Of a DNA stretch of 32,000 bases, positions 1 through 11,275 are shown piece after piece; within the stretch, counting starts at the first letter, position 1; every line of letters begins with the position of its first letter. Position numbers and translations under genes: made by a program. Under the pieces are notes generated by a model. The model was not told the origin of the DNA and ran no database searches. It worked only from the letters and a program-made list of their open reading frames with translations. The stretch is from Candidatus Thorarchaeota archaeon (lineage in GTDB: Archaea; Asgardarchaeota; Heimdallarchaeia; Hodarchaeales; Hodarchaeaceae), in NCBI GenBank assembly GCA_048882505.1, contig JBHLRO010000003.1, positions 240,001-272,000 on the forward strand, written 5' to 3'.

Positions 1-161
1 TAATTTCAAGAGTTTTAATTCTATCAATTTAGTATTCCATCCTTCACATATTTTATTAACATATCGAAACTGCAATGATATTACTCTGTGAATAAAAAAA
101 GGAAATCAAATTTCACGAGGTAAAAGGGTTGGAAAATTCTATTTGAGATAGTCTATTCAAA

Positions 162-176
162 CGAAAAGTATAAATA
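162..176 (+). promoter_or_regulatory. Archaeal BRE + TATA box of the hsp20 gene
   Basis: Purine-rich CGAAAAG (162-168) directly followed by TATAAATA (169-176), about 70 bp upstream of the hsp20 ATG. SD-like AAGGAGTGA precedes the ATG. Confidence 0.65.
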
Positions 177-247
177 CATTGACATATCTGTTTCAAATAG
201 GGAATTATTCCCAAGCAACAAGATGAAATATGAAAGGAGTGATTTAA

Positions 248-709
248 ATGAGTTTAATAAGAAGAGATCGAAGATGGGGATTAGATCCATTCCAAGAAGT
301 ATCTCGTCTTGAGGATGAAATGCGAAATTTATTTGCTAATGTCTTTGGTGACCGAGATCTTGCTCTTAGGGATCGAATTTTTGCCCCATTGGTAGACGTG
401 CGCGAACTAGATGACAAATTTATTGTCGAAGCCGACATCCCTGGGTTTAAAAAGGAAGATATCACCATAGATGTAACACCTGAATCGATTGAAATATCAG
501 CAGAGCATAACATGGAGGAAAAGGAAGAAAAGACGGAAAAAGACGGAAAATACCTTCGTCGGGAACGCGTGGCCTTTAGGTTTCATCGGTCTATTTCTCT
601 GCCTACCTCAATCGATACAGAAAAAATCGAAACCGTATTCAAAGATGGGACACTACACCTGGATCTTCCCAAAATGCCAGGGACAGGTAGAAAACGACTA
701 ACTCTGTAA
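248..709 (+). CDS. Small heat-shock protein, Hsp20/alpha-crystallin family
   Basis: 153 aa. N-terminal DPF motif, alpha-crystallin core (PLVDVRE..FIVEADIPGFKKEDITIDV, FHRSISLP, FKDGTLHLDLPK) and a C-terminal tail with a hydrophobic-x-hydrophobic motif (RLTL). Confidence 0.95.
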   Translation: MSLIRRDRRWGLDPFQEVSRLEDEMRNLFANVFGDRDLALRDRIFAPLVDVRELDDKFIVEADIPGFKKEDITIDVTPESIEISAEHNMEEKEEKTEKDGKYLRRERVAFRFHRSISLPTSIDTEKIETVFKDGTLHLDLPKMPGTGRKRLTL

Positions 710-720
710 GATCTGTTCCA

Positions 721-740
721 TTTTCCCTTTTTCTTTTTTT
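721..740 (+). terminator. Oligo-T terminator after hsp20
   Basis: TTTTCCCTTTTTCTTTTTTT starting 12 nt after the stop codon. Confidence 0.55.
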
Positions 741-815
741 CTGCCAGAAAAGCCGCATCTTTCGTGGTTGCTCTGCTGTAAGTTTAGAGCTACATAACAA
801 AAGACTCAAGGAAGT

Positions 816-980
816 ATGAACATGTCAGTTGAAACTACCCCCTCGATATTTTGCTCCTGTGGGGGATTTTGGCTGGTTAAAAGCGATGATGATGAAACCA
901 GGATCCTAGTATGCCCCATGTGTGGAAAACATCAGCCGCTACCTGATAACACGTCCATGTTTCAACTCAAACTAAAGTAA
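816..980 (+). CDS. 54-aa zinc-ribbon microprotein (CxC...CxxC), below the ORF-track length cutoff
   Basis: Manual translation: MNMSVETTPSIFCSCGGFWLVKSDDDETRILVCPMCGKHQPLPDNTSMFQLKLK*. AAGGA upstream. Cys spacing resembles the N-terminal ribbon of TFS/RpoM-like proteins. Confidence 0.65.
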   Translation: MNMSVETTPSIFCSCGGFWLVKSDDDETRILVCPMCGKHQPLPDNTSMFQLKLK

Positions 981-1272
981 GGGACATAGGAACATCCATC
1001 GTCCATGATGTAAACATAAAAGAAACTGTTAATGCGTGATTTAGGTTGGTTTCGTGGTCAAGATCCAACGTATTGAGGGCGCTTCCTGCGGTGATCTAGG
1101 TGACCCAAATGGAAAATTCTTTGGAACCTTATTATTGAACCTTAGGGTTGTCTCCAGTTTTTTCTTTTCACCTAAAATTGGAAGATAATCATATCCTCTT
1201 CCTTAAAGATCCTAGTGATCAAACTTCCTTTCGGACTGATTGATTCCCCCTGTCCTTCTTAGGAGATTAACC

Positions 1273-2136
1273 TTGGTCAAAGGTATAGAAAAGATCCGTG
1301 AAAAGCTACCTGGATATCCAGGTATCAAAATTGTCAAACTTGTTGTACTTGCCCCTATTATGACTACTGTTGGCTTGGTGGGACAGCTCTTTATAGATAT
1401 TACACCCCGTTTGTTTCCTGGCATACCGATTCTGGCACAAATCGAACCAATTCTCCCCATATTTGGGAGTATTGCTGTTGCGGCCATTGGATTGACACTG
1501 CTAACGAGTCTTTGGCGTAAAAAAGGTTTTATGCAAGAGCTACATGGTGATCTTGCCTACCAAAGCATACTACCTAGAGGTATTGCCGGGGTTTATCTAA
1601 TGGTTTCAATTGTGCTTCACGCATTCTTCTCAATAAGATCCCTCCCTCCAGGCCCCCCTGTAAATGAATTGACAATTACGTTCTCCAAATCCGCTCTAAA
1701 TCATTTAGGGATCCCAACCGAGATTGATCTCGCTATCAGAATCACTATTAGCATTATCCTAGGGATTCTCGGTCTCTTAGCAATGGCCAGAGCTCTTCAC
1801 GTATTGGGGCTAGACCACGGACTCTTAGTTTATGTGTATTTTCCAGAAGAGGCTGAATTTAAAGAACATGCCATTTATTCAGTCATTCGACATCCTATCT
1901 ACTTTGGTGCATTACTAATAGGGGCCGCTGCATTTATATTCCGATTATCTTTATATTCGTTTCTTTTTTTCGGTTTGGTTTACATCTGCCTTAGAATTCA
2001 CATCTATGTCGAAGAGGGGGAACTCCTAGAACGATTTGGAGACGGATATAAAGAGTATATGTTGAAAGTGCCAGGTTTACATATAAAACCTAGTGATTTT
2101 GGTGCCTATATAAGATTCCTTAGCGGTCGAGAATGA
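1273..2136 (+). CDS. Isoprenylcysteine carboxyl methyltransferase (ICMT/Ste14/PEMT-like) family membrane protein
   Basis: Multi-TM protein with IYSVIRHPIYFG and EE..L..RFG..YKEYMLKVP motifs. Likely start is TTG at 1273 after AGGAG (ORF track starts at 1240). Confidence 0.85.
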   Translation: MVKGIEKIREKLPGYPGIKIVKLVVLAPIMTTVGLVGQLFIDITPRLFPGIPILAQIEPILPIFGSIAVAAIGLTLLTSLWRKKGFMQELHGDLAYQSILPRGIAGVYLMVSIVLHAFFSIRSLPPGPPVNELTITFSKSALNHLGIPTEIDLAIRITISIILGILGLLAMARALHVLGLDHGLLVYVYFPEEAEFKEHAIYSVIRHPIYFGALLIGAAAFIFRLSLYSFLFFGLVYICLRIHIYVEEGELLERFGDGYKEYMLKVPGLHIKPSDFGAYIRFLSGRE

Positions 2137-2404
2137 AAGAATCGAGTCTTTCAAGCGGGCTAATATGAAGAGGATTTTGGATTCATTGGGAGATTGAGGA
2201 CTAATTTCACAATGGGGTTTTCTTTCTTTTCGAATTACAAAATCCAATAAGGTTCTGTGCTATCGGGTTCCGCTTTCAGGACCTTTAAAAGGAAGGATTT
2301 TCGGTGTGACTTAAAAACTCATTCCTTCAATAACACAATCCAGATAATAACCGAACCTTGAGCTAGGAGAATTTTCTTGAAAAATCCTGTCATGTTGTGA
2401 TTTC

Positions 2405-3523
2405 TTGAAAAGTTACAGTCGCACGTATAGTTTCTTGAACTTCTTCATCCCCGCTTTGGTTTCTGTCGGTGCAATAATCCTACTTCAGACTATGCAACTA
2501 ATCGTCTTAATTCCCTTATCCGCATTGGTTTTTAACCTATCAGAATTCAAAGATCCGCTCTTTGTTCCAATATGGAACCTTCTAGTATTATTTCTTAGCC
2601 AAATTATGGGAACGGCAATTGTTCTTCTCTTATTGATTCCATGGATTCGCGTGAAAGCCATCAAACATTCCCCCATTTATCGAAGTTCTTTTTTTTCTAC
2701 TACGCTTGTAATATGTTCGACGTGGGCATTTATGAGCTTAATAGCTAGAATCTTCTTGGCTTCTATTGAATTATTCCGATTTGAAACGCCAAAAACAGGG
2801 CTATCTATACTAGTATTATCTGAGGAAATAATTTCTCCCGTAACTATCACTATCCTGTTCGCTCCTCTAGTTCTTGGAGCAGCACTTTATGAAGAATTGG
2901 TTTATAGGCGTGTATTGATTCCTCTTTTAGAAGTAAGAGGAATGAATTCTTTTACTGCTGTAATTGCTTCTTCCTTATTTTTTACCATTTCACACGCTCC
3001 CGCGGATCTTATCAATGGAAATATTACTGGAACGGTCATTCATCTTTCATCAGTCCTTATAATGGCATTTGTTTTAGGTTTTACCTACGTAAAAACACGA
3101 AATATAATTTATCCAATGATCATTCATGGAGTAATCAATGGAATAACAGCCGTTCCAACCATATTACCAGATGGCACTCTTCTTGCAGATGCCTATGATT
3201 TCATTTATTTGGTCATTTTTGTGTTAATCGGGTTAATGTACACCAGTTATCATCTTATAGGTTACTTAAATAACATCTCCGTCATTAGTAGCCAAATCAT
3301 AGACATGATTTCATCGATCAATAATATAGGATTTGCTGGTTATCTTGTAATATCACTAGGCTTATTAACTCTTCATACCCTTAGTATAATTTACTTTAAT
3401 GGATTAGCCATGGTGGTTCTTAATCCTGTTTTACTTATTACAATATTGTTTATAATTCGGACTTCAAATCACTTACCTGAAGAATTCATGGTAAAAGGAC
3501 TTAACGCAGCTTCAAAAGAGTAG
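2405..3523 (+). CDS. CPBP family (Abi / type II CAAX, Rce1-like) intramembrane glutamic endopeptidase
   Basis: About 10 hydrophobic segments with the motifs YEELVYR, FTISH and IIHGVIN (EExxxR, FxxxH, HxxxN). Confidence 0.9.
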   Translation: MKSYSRTYSFLNFFIPALVSVGAIILLQTMQLIVLIPLSALVFNLSEFKDPLFVPIWNLLVLFLSQIMGTAIVLLLLIPWIRVKAIKHSPIYRSSFFSTTLVICSTWAFMSLIARIFLASIELFRFETPKTGLSILVLSEEIISPVTITILFAPLVLGAALYEELVYRRVLIPLLEVRGMNSFTAVIASSLFFTISHAPADLINGNITGTVIHLSSVLIMAFVLGFTYVKTRNIIYPMIIHGVINGITAVPTILPDGTLLADAYDFIYLVIFVLIGLMYTSYHLIGYLNNISVISSQIIDMISSINNIGFAGYLVISLGLLTLHTLSIIYFNGLAMVVLNPVLLITILFIIRTSNHLPEEFMVKGLNAASKE

Positions 3524-3791
3524 GTTTTTGAGGGGTAATTGGTGGTTCAATTATTCAATTGATAAATCCCACTTTGGGGAGGGAATACCTAGGTTAAGTT
3601 AACACAGACCCGTGTGAGAAATTTTAGGATAAATTCACAGATATGATAACATCTAGAACCGTGTGACGGCAAACAGGTTAATCAGTGTGGTGCATTGAAT
3701 TTTTGTTATGGCACAGAGACTGGAAGATTGGAACATATGCGGGAACAAGAATCCCTTAATGAATGGAAATCTCGTTTCACACTTCGTAACG

Positions 3792-4358
3792 TTACGTTTG
3801 CTCTGTATCCTTGAGTTCTTTAAGCTGTTGATAAATCCCGTCCGGATTTTCAATATTACGGAGAGCCATACCTCCTCCTAGAGCACCTCGCATTCCCAAT
3901 ACGGGAAACATTCCGCCCTTGGTTGTCAAAAAAATGGACCCAACGTTAAAGCGTTTCTGGAACACCCCTTTTCGTAAATAAATCTCCGAAACGTCAGCAA
4001 ATTTTACAGTTTTCTGTTCCACGGTAAAAAGGCCCTCAAAATACTCAATGCGATTAGGAAAAATGCGATACTCAATGTGGTCAAGCGAAGTTTTTCTATA
4101 CCAAACGTAGAGAATCATCCCTATTATAAAAAATCCTATGGTGCCCCCAATAAACATCGTTAGCGTGTTAGAATCGATTGCACTACCGGCAGTTGGTTGA
4201 CCGCCCGCAGCCAGTCCCACCATCAATGCACCCAACCCACCAAAGAGGCCCATGAAAATTGCTATCATCATTGATCGTAATAAGGCAACAAATGTCAGGA
4301 ATTTTGGTTTTAAGACTATTACAGGCGTTTCCGATTTATCCCAAGCTTTGGATTTCAT
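3792..4358 (-). CDS. Membrane protein with bacterial-type PH domain (bPH_2/YdbS-like)
   Basis: Two TM helices, then YRIFPNRIEYFEGLFTVEQKTVKFADVSEIYLRKGVFQKRFNVGSI. ATG at 4358 follows a GGTGGG-type SD. Confidence 0.8.
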   Translation of the reverse strand: MKSKAWDKSETPVIVLKPKFLTFVALLRSMMIAIFMGLFGGLGALMVGLAAGGQPTAGSAIDSNTLTMFIGGTIGFFIIGMILYVWYRKTSLDHIEYRIFPNRIEYFEGLFTVEQKTVKFADVSEIYLRKGVFQKRFNVGSIFLTTKGGMFPVLGMRGALGGGMALRNIENPDGIYQQLKELKDTEQT

Positions 4359-4938
4359 CCTTAACCCACCAGTCACGAACTTCCTAATTGATTGATCAGC
4401 CCGCTTTTAAAAACATATGGAATTCAAACAAGCACCATTGCACAACCTAACTCCATTTTTTTACCTATTTTCACTTTAGTTTATATATTGAGTTCAAATA
4501 GGGGAGGAAAAGCGGAAAAAGATCAGAAGATTCGAATTTCACAGAAATCCTTGCCTTTGCGACTACCTTTCTAGGCAGTCATGGTCAGACCAAAAAAGCT
4601 CCTTGGACTAGCATCCAGAGAATGGTCGCCTGTATTTGAATGAATCATTTACTTAATCGAGGAGTAGGAGGTGGTCTGATTCAATTCCATTATTTTGTAT
4701 TACAGGTTTTACATGCAATATAGGGAAGGGGGTTTTTTTTGCTTCAAATCGCAAAACATCCTTCCCATTAAGCTCTTCTAGGGGTTCATTATTTGTCAGT
4801 GCCTTTGAATTGTTGTAAACTGTCGCTTTATCCTTAAATAATCATTATCAATTTTTCACTCGGTAGCCCCTTACATCATATCTTCTAATAATATCTCTGA
4901 AATGGTGGTATTATTCAAATCAGAAAAAGGGGAGATAC

Positions 4939-4946
4939 TTTAAATA
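4939..4946 (+). promoter_or_regulatory. Candidate TATA box of katG
   Basis: TTTAAATA preceded by a purine-rich stretch, about 60 bp upstream of the ATG. Confidence 0.45.
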
Positions 4947-4974
4947 GGTAAAAAACGTATAGAATTGAGAATAG

Positions 4975-7203
<2,229 letters not shown>

Positions 7204-7577
7204 GACAGTTAGAGCACCCAAAGTAAGTAGCTCCCGCATATGCAGAAGGAGTCAAAAAAGCTCTTGGATGGGGCTACTAACTTCCCCTCCTTCCTTCTTC
7301 TTAATAAAGGGATAGCGATCTCAACTTGTCAATTCTAACGGAAAAATAGTAATAGAAGGATAACAGAAAATACGTCTGGCTTAATAGAATCATTTTTATG
7401 TCTTAAAATGTCCTTATGGTAATAAGCTAGACATTCTACCTGCATATGGGATAATATATCCGATTCGAATTCTTTTAGAGATGTTTCTGTATCATTTATC
7501 AGTAAACACCAATACCTTGGAGGATAACTTCGCCTTAATTGGAGATTGGTTTTTTTCTGATTAAATGCTTCTTTTTG

Positions 7578-8483
7578 TTACAAATGAAATTTAACCCCGG
7601 TGAGTTTTTCAGAGAGCTCCCATAACCTTTTTGCGTCCCCCTCGTTATGAGAGGCACCATTGGATTCAACTAACACGGGATGACCTCGTGAACCCTTTTT
7701 GGGGCCAAAATATTCCGCTCCTGCAACATCGGGATCTGTAGCGGCACGTAAGGAAGGAAGGGAGCCCATGTGTGCGCTTTGGAACATCCAGAATAAGAAA
7801 GGTTTTATCATCCTATAATACCATTGACGAACCAAATTAGTATTTGATATTCCGGGATGGGCCGCCAATGCCATCACATCAATATTTGCTTCTTTGAGCC
7901 GTCGGTGCAATTCATAAGTGAACAGTAGATTGGCCAGTTTTGATCGACCGTACGCTCCCAACCTGGAGTAACCTTGACCACCATCATAGATAAAATTCTG
8001 GAAGTCCATGGTGCCAAATCTATGGGCGTTGCTCGAAACATTCACAACCCGCGCTCCTGGAGTAGTTTTCAACAAATCGAACAACAATGCCGTGAGAGCA
8101 AAATGCCCTAGGTGATTAATCCCAACTTGGGTCTCAAATCCATCTTCAGTGGTTCTATAGGGCACAAACATAATTCCAGCATTGTTTAAAAGGACGTTTA
8201 GCTGCGAATACTTTTGTTTGAATCCTTCAGCGAATTTATGTACAGATTTCAAACTATTTAGATCGAGTTCCATGACCCCTGTGTTGGCATTGGGTATTTC
8301 CTTTTTGATATTCTTTATTGCTTTCTTTGCTTTTTCAATATTTCTGCAAGCGAGTATGGTTTCAGCGCCCTTTCTTGCAAATTCTTTGGCTGCCTCGTAA
8401 CCAATTCCACTATTTGCCCCCGTAACTATGATTATTTTTCCTGACAGATCAGGCATTTCATCTGGAGTCCATTTCTTATTCAT
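7578..8483 (-). CDS. SDR family oxidoreductase (RDH/WWOX-like)
   Basis: TGANSGIG, NNAG, VNVSS and YGRSK catalytic motif. Likely ATG at 8483 (ORF track start 8525). Confidence 0.93.
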   Translation of the reverse strand: MNKKWTPDEMPDLSGKIIIVTGANSGIGYEAAKEFARKGAETILACRNIEKAKKAIKNIKKEIPNANTGVMELDLNSLKSVHKFAEGFKQKYSQLNVLLNNAGIMFVPYRTTEDGFETQVGINHLGHFALTALLFDLLKTTPGARVVNVSSNAHRFGTMDFQNFIYDGGQGYSRLGAYGRSKLANLLFTYELHRRLKEANIDVMALAAHPGISNTNLVRQWYYRMIKPFLFWMFQSAHMGSLPSLRAATDPDVAGAEYFGPKKGSRGHPVLVESNGASHNEGDAKRLWELSEKLTGVKFHL

Positions 8484-8530
8484 GTTTTGCAAACCTTGAA
8501 TAAATATTTCCGTTTTTTTCTTCAATGAGC

Positions 8531-9484
8531 CTATAAGCCGACCATCTCGAGACTAACTTGATAGAGTTTCCTGGCCAGCTCTCGATCGTTTGCATACTTG
8601 TTGGGGGAGCGCATGGGCCATCCTCCTGAGCGGTTTTCTTTATTGGGATAGAGGATGCTATTCTGGCTGAAGTATTCCCCGCTGTGTTGTGGCGCGCCAT
8701 CATCGAGAAGGCAGTGGAGGGTAGTTTGTGCGCCTTCATAAGGTGACATCGTGCCAAGAAAACGACTAAACGGTCTCATCAAGACGTTCTGAATAAACAC
8801 TGCCCCTGGGACAGCATGTCTTGCCAGATTGGAGCGTACCCATCCTGGATGAATCGAAAAAGCTGACACCCCTGTACCTTTCAGACGCTGAGAGAGATCT
8901 AGTGCGTGAAGAACTATGGCCAACTTGGACTGTGTATACGCAAGATTCCGGTCATACTGCCGTTTCTCAAAGTTGAGATCGTCAAAATGTATCTCCCCTA
9001 CTTGGTTCCTCGTCCCAATGTGGAATACGCTTGATACACCTATGATACGAGATGGGGCGCTTGCCTTCAGCGTCTCAAGCAGAAGTTCTGTGAGGAGAAA
9101 GTGTCCAAGGTAGTTCACGCCAAAATGGCTTTCAAAACCGTCTTCTGTCTTCCCCTCGGGAGCATACATGATGCCGGCGTTGTTGACAAGGCCGTCCAGT
9201 CGGTCGTGCCTGGCCGTAAACGTTTCAACGAAGCGCCTGATTGAGGCGAAGCTGGCGAGATCAAGCTCCATAACTTCAACTGAGCCGCGAGCGCTTGCTA
9301 ATTTAGCAAAAGCCCTTTTTCCTGCATCCACGCGACGGCAAGCACCAACTACGTGTGCTCCCTGGCGAGCCAGTTGCGAAGAGGTCGCTAATCCCGCCCC
9401 AGAGTTGGCCCCCGTAACGATATAGATGCGACCGTTTAGGTCCTTTTTCAATAACTCCGGATCGCACATCAACGTTTTTGGCAC
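8531..9484 (-). CDS. SDR family oxidoreductase (RDH/WWOX-like), second copy
   Basis: TGANSGAG, NNAG, YTQSK and HPGWVRS motifs. GTG start. Higher GC than its neighbours. Confidence 0.93.
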   Translation of the reverse strand: MPKTLMCDPELLKKDLNGRIYIVTGANSGAGLATSSQLARQGAHVVGACRRVDAGKRAFAKLASARGSVEVMELDLASFASIRRFVETFTARHDRLDGLVNNAGIMYAPEGKTEDGFESHFGVNYLGHFLLTELLLETLKASAPSRIIGVSSVFHIGTRNQVGEIHFDDLNFEKRQYDRNLAYTQSKLAIVLHALDLSQRLKGTGVSAFSIHPGWVRSNLARHAVPGAVFIQNVLMRPFSRFLGTMSPYEGAQTTLHCLLDDGAPQHSGEYFSQNSILYPNKENRSGGWPMRSPNKYANDRELARKLYQVSLEMVGL

Positions 9485-9635
9485 AATAGACCTCCTTTGT
9501 TTGAATGATTGGTCATGTATGTAGGACTCATTGATATCGCCTAAAAACGATTCGTTGGGGTTCTGGGAAGATAGTCATAATAAATAGGAAATAGATTAAA
9601 TGAAATCAAATCATAATAAAAGGTAGACAAAACAA

Positions 9636-10478
9636 ATGGATATAGGGAATCTCTTCAAGACTGGAATACTATTTACGATTCTGATAGGGATCTTATACGT
9701 ATTATCCATAATTTTCAATATTCCGCCACTAATGTTCCTGCTTTTTTCAGGCATTTTTGTATTCGGTTCGTATTGGTTCTCAGACTCCTTAATTCTACGA
9801 ATGACCCGAGCACGCATAGTAGATGAATCCGAGGCACCCGAACTTTATAAACGGGTTGAAAAATTAGCAGCAATGGCAGGAATACCAATGCCTCGTGTGG
9901 CGATAGTAGATAATCCAAAACCAAATGCATTTGCGACAGGCCGCTCTCCAGGAAAGGCAGTCATTGCAGTTCATACAGGACTCTTACAAGCAATGAATGC
10001 TGAAGAACTAGATGGTGTCCTCGCACACGAAATGAGTCATGTGAAGCATTGGGATACGCTTATCCAGACGTTTGCAGCGATGTTTGCATCAGCAATCATG
10101 TTCATATCACGAATGGCAATTTGGTTTAGCTATTCTGACCGTGAGAACTCTGTGAATCCTCTTGCGATGTTAGTAACTTGGATAGTTGCTCCCATTGCCG
10201 CAATTGTTGTACAGTTAGCTATCTCCAGATCACGGGAATTTGCTGCGGACAAAGGAGCGGCCAAAATCACCGGAAACCCCATAGGATTGGCAAATGCCCT
10301 AGGAAAACTTGACACTTATTCCCGTCATTCTCGCTCCCGCGACACGCCTAATCCGAGCTTAAGTCATTTATACATCATAAATCCCCTATCTGGTAGTAGT
10401 TTGGCAGGATTGTTTTCTACTCATCCATCAATAGAAGAGCGAATTTCAAGACTCCAAAAAATGGCTTTTCGTACCTGA
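9636..10478 (+). CDS. htpX: Zinc metalloprotease HtpX (peptidase M48)
   Basis: PNAFATG, HEMSH (HExxH), SRSREFAAD and FSTHPSIEERISRL, with two N-terminal TM helices. Confidence 0.96.
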   Translation: MDIGNLFKTGILFTILIGILYVLSIIFNIPPLMFLLFSGIFVFGSYWFSDSLILRMTRARIVDESEAPELYKRVEKLAAMAGIPMPRVAIVDNPKPNAFATGRSPGKAVIAVHTGLLQAMNAEELDGVLAHEMSHVKHWDTLIQTFAAMFASAIMFISRMAIWFSYSDRENSVNPLAMLVTWIVAPIAAIVVQLAISRSREFAADKGAAKITGNPIGLANALGKLDTYSRHSRSRDTPNPSLSHLYIINPLSGSSLAGLFSTHPSIEERISRLQKMAFRT

Positions 10479-10561
10479 ATCAGTCCAGAGAGAAATCACG
10501 TACTACTATAAGCTGTTGTTTCTTTTTCTGATTTATCATTTAGCTTTTTTCCCCTATCTTA

Positions 10562-10624
10562 TTGGGGAAAGAAATCGTTTGGAAATCATCTTGCGAAACC
10601 TGATCGCTAACTAGGTCTACCTAG
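10562..10624 (-). repeat. Dispersed structured repeat, copy A (63 bp, most divergent)
   Basis: Minus strand CTAGGTAGACCTAG-N8-CAGG-N11-GATTTCCAAACGAT-N3-TTTCCCCAA. Same four blocks in the same order as copies B and C. Contains the GNAT stop codon. Confidence 0.6.
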
Positions 10625-11093
10625 TTGTTACCAAATCCTTTTTGTATGTCATCACAGTAAACCCAGAAAATTCAGAGGTATTCTCCAATACGTAACCGAG
10701 TTTTTCATATAGTGTTCGAGCCTTAACGAGGGGTTCCGCCGTTTGAAGATAAATTTGCTTCTTTCCATGGAACAAAGCCGTTTTTTCAACCTTTTTGATT
10801 AGCAAAGTCGCAATTCCCCTCCGTCGGTGGCTTTTTCTCACGCGAAGCTGAATGAGCTCTGCCCGATCATTCTCCTGTAATTGAACTCCGATCAAACCCA
10901 CCACTACTCCACGTTCTTCCATCACCCAAAACCGCCCTTTTTGATGGATAAAATAGGCATATCTTTCTTCTAAGTCGCTTTGTGTCGATAAGGAATTCTC
11001 AAGGTGGATATCGGGAGAAAATTCCTGCTCGAACTCAAGATGTAAATGAAGAATTTGGACCTTGTCAGCCTGGCTATACTCTCTGATTCTCAT
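10617..11093 (-). CDS. GNAT family N-acetyltransferase
   Basis: Motif A LRVRKSHRRRGIATLLI and motif B ARTLYEKLGY. Likely ATG at 11093 (MRIREY...). Confidence 0.92.
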   Translation of the reverse strand: MRIREYSQADKVQILHLHLEFEQEFSPDIHLENSLSTQSDLEERYAYFIHQKGRFWVMEERGVVVGLIGVQLQENDRAELIQLRVRKSHRRRGIATLLIKKVEKTALFHGKKQIYLQTAEPLVKARTLYEKLGYVLENTSEFSGFTVMTYKKDLVTTR

Positions 11094-11275
11094 CTTAGCT
11101 TCTTCTAGAATGTTTGGGCGGTTATTTGAAAGAGGCGATGTTCCCTTCGTCATTTAAAATTGAGTTTGTCAGAATTACGCATTCACCACCTCATCATACC
11201 AAAACCAGACGGCCAATGTTATCAATATAAGAACGGGCTTTATAAATATATAATAACGAGGTTGGCAGGTTCTGT

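Noticed and set aside
3785-3796. Perfect 12-bp palindrome CGTAACGTTACG over the PH-gene stop
   Set aside because: A single short instance with no supporting context.
4392-4574. 60-aa ORF in the PH-gene / katG spacer
   Set aside because: Weak start, no SD, no motif; probably intergenic.
7225-7277. AGTAGCTCC...GGGGCTACT hairpin after the katG TGA as a SECIS element
   Set aside because: KatG is complete at the TGA, a TAG follows two codons later, and no SECIS core motif was seen; more likely a terminator or stability hairpin.
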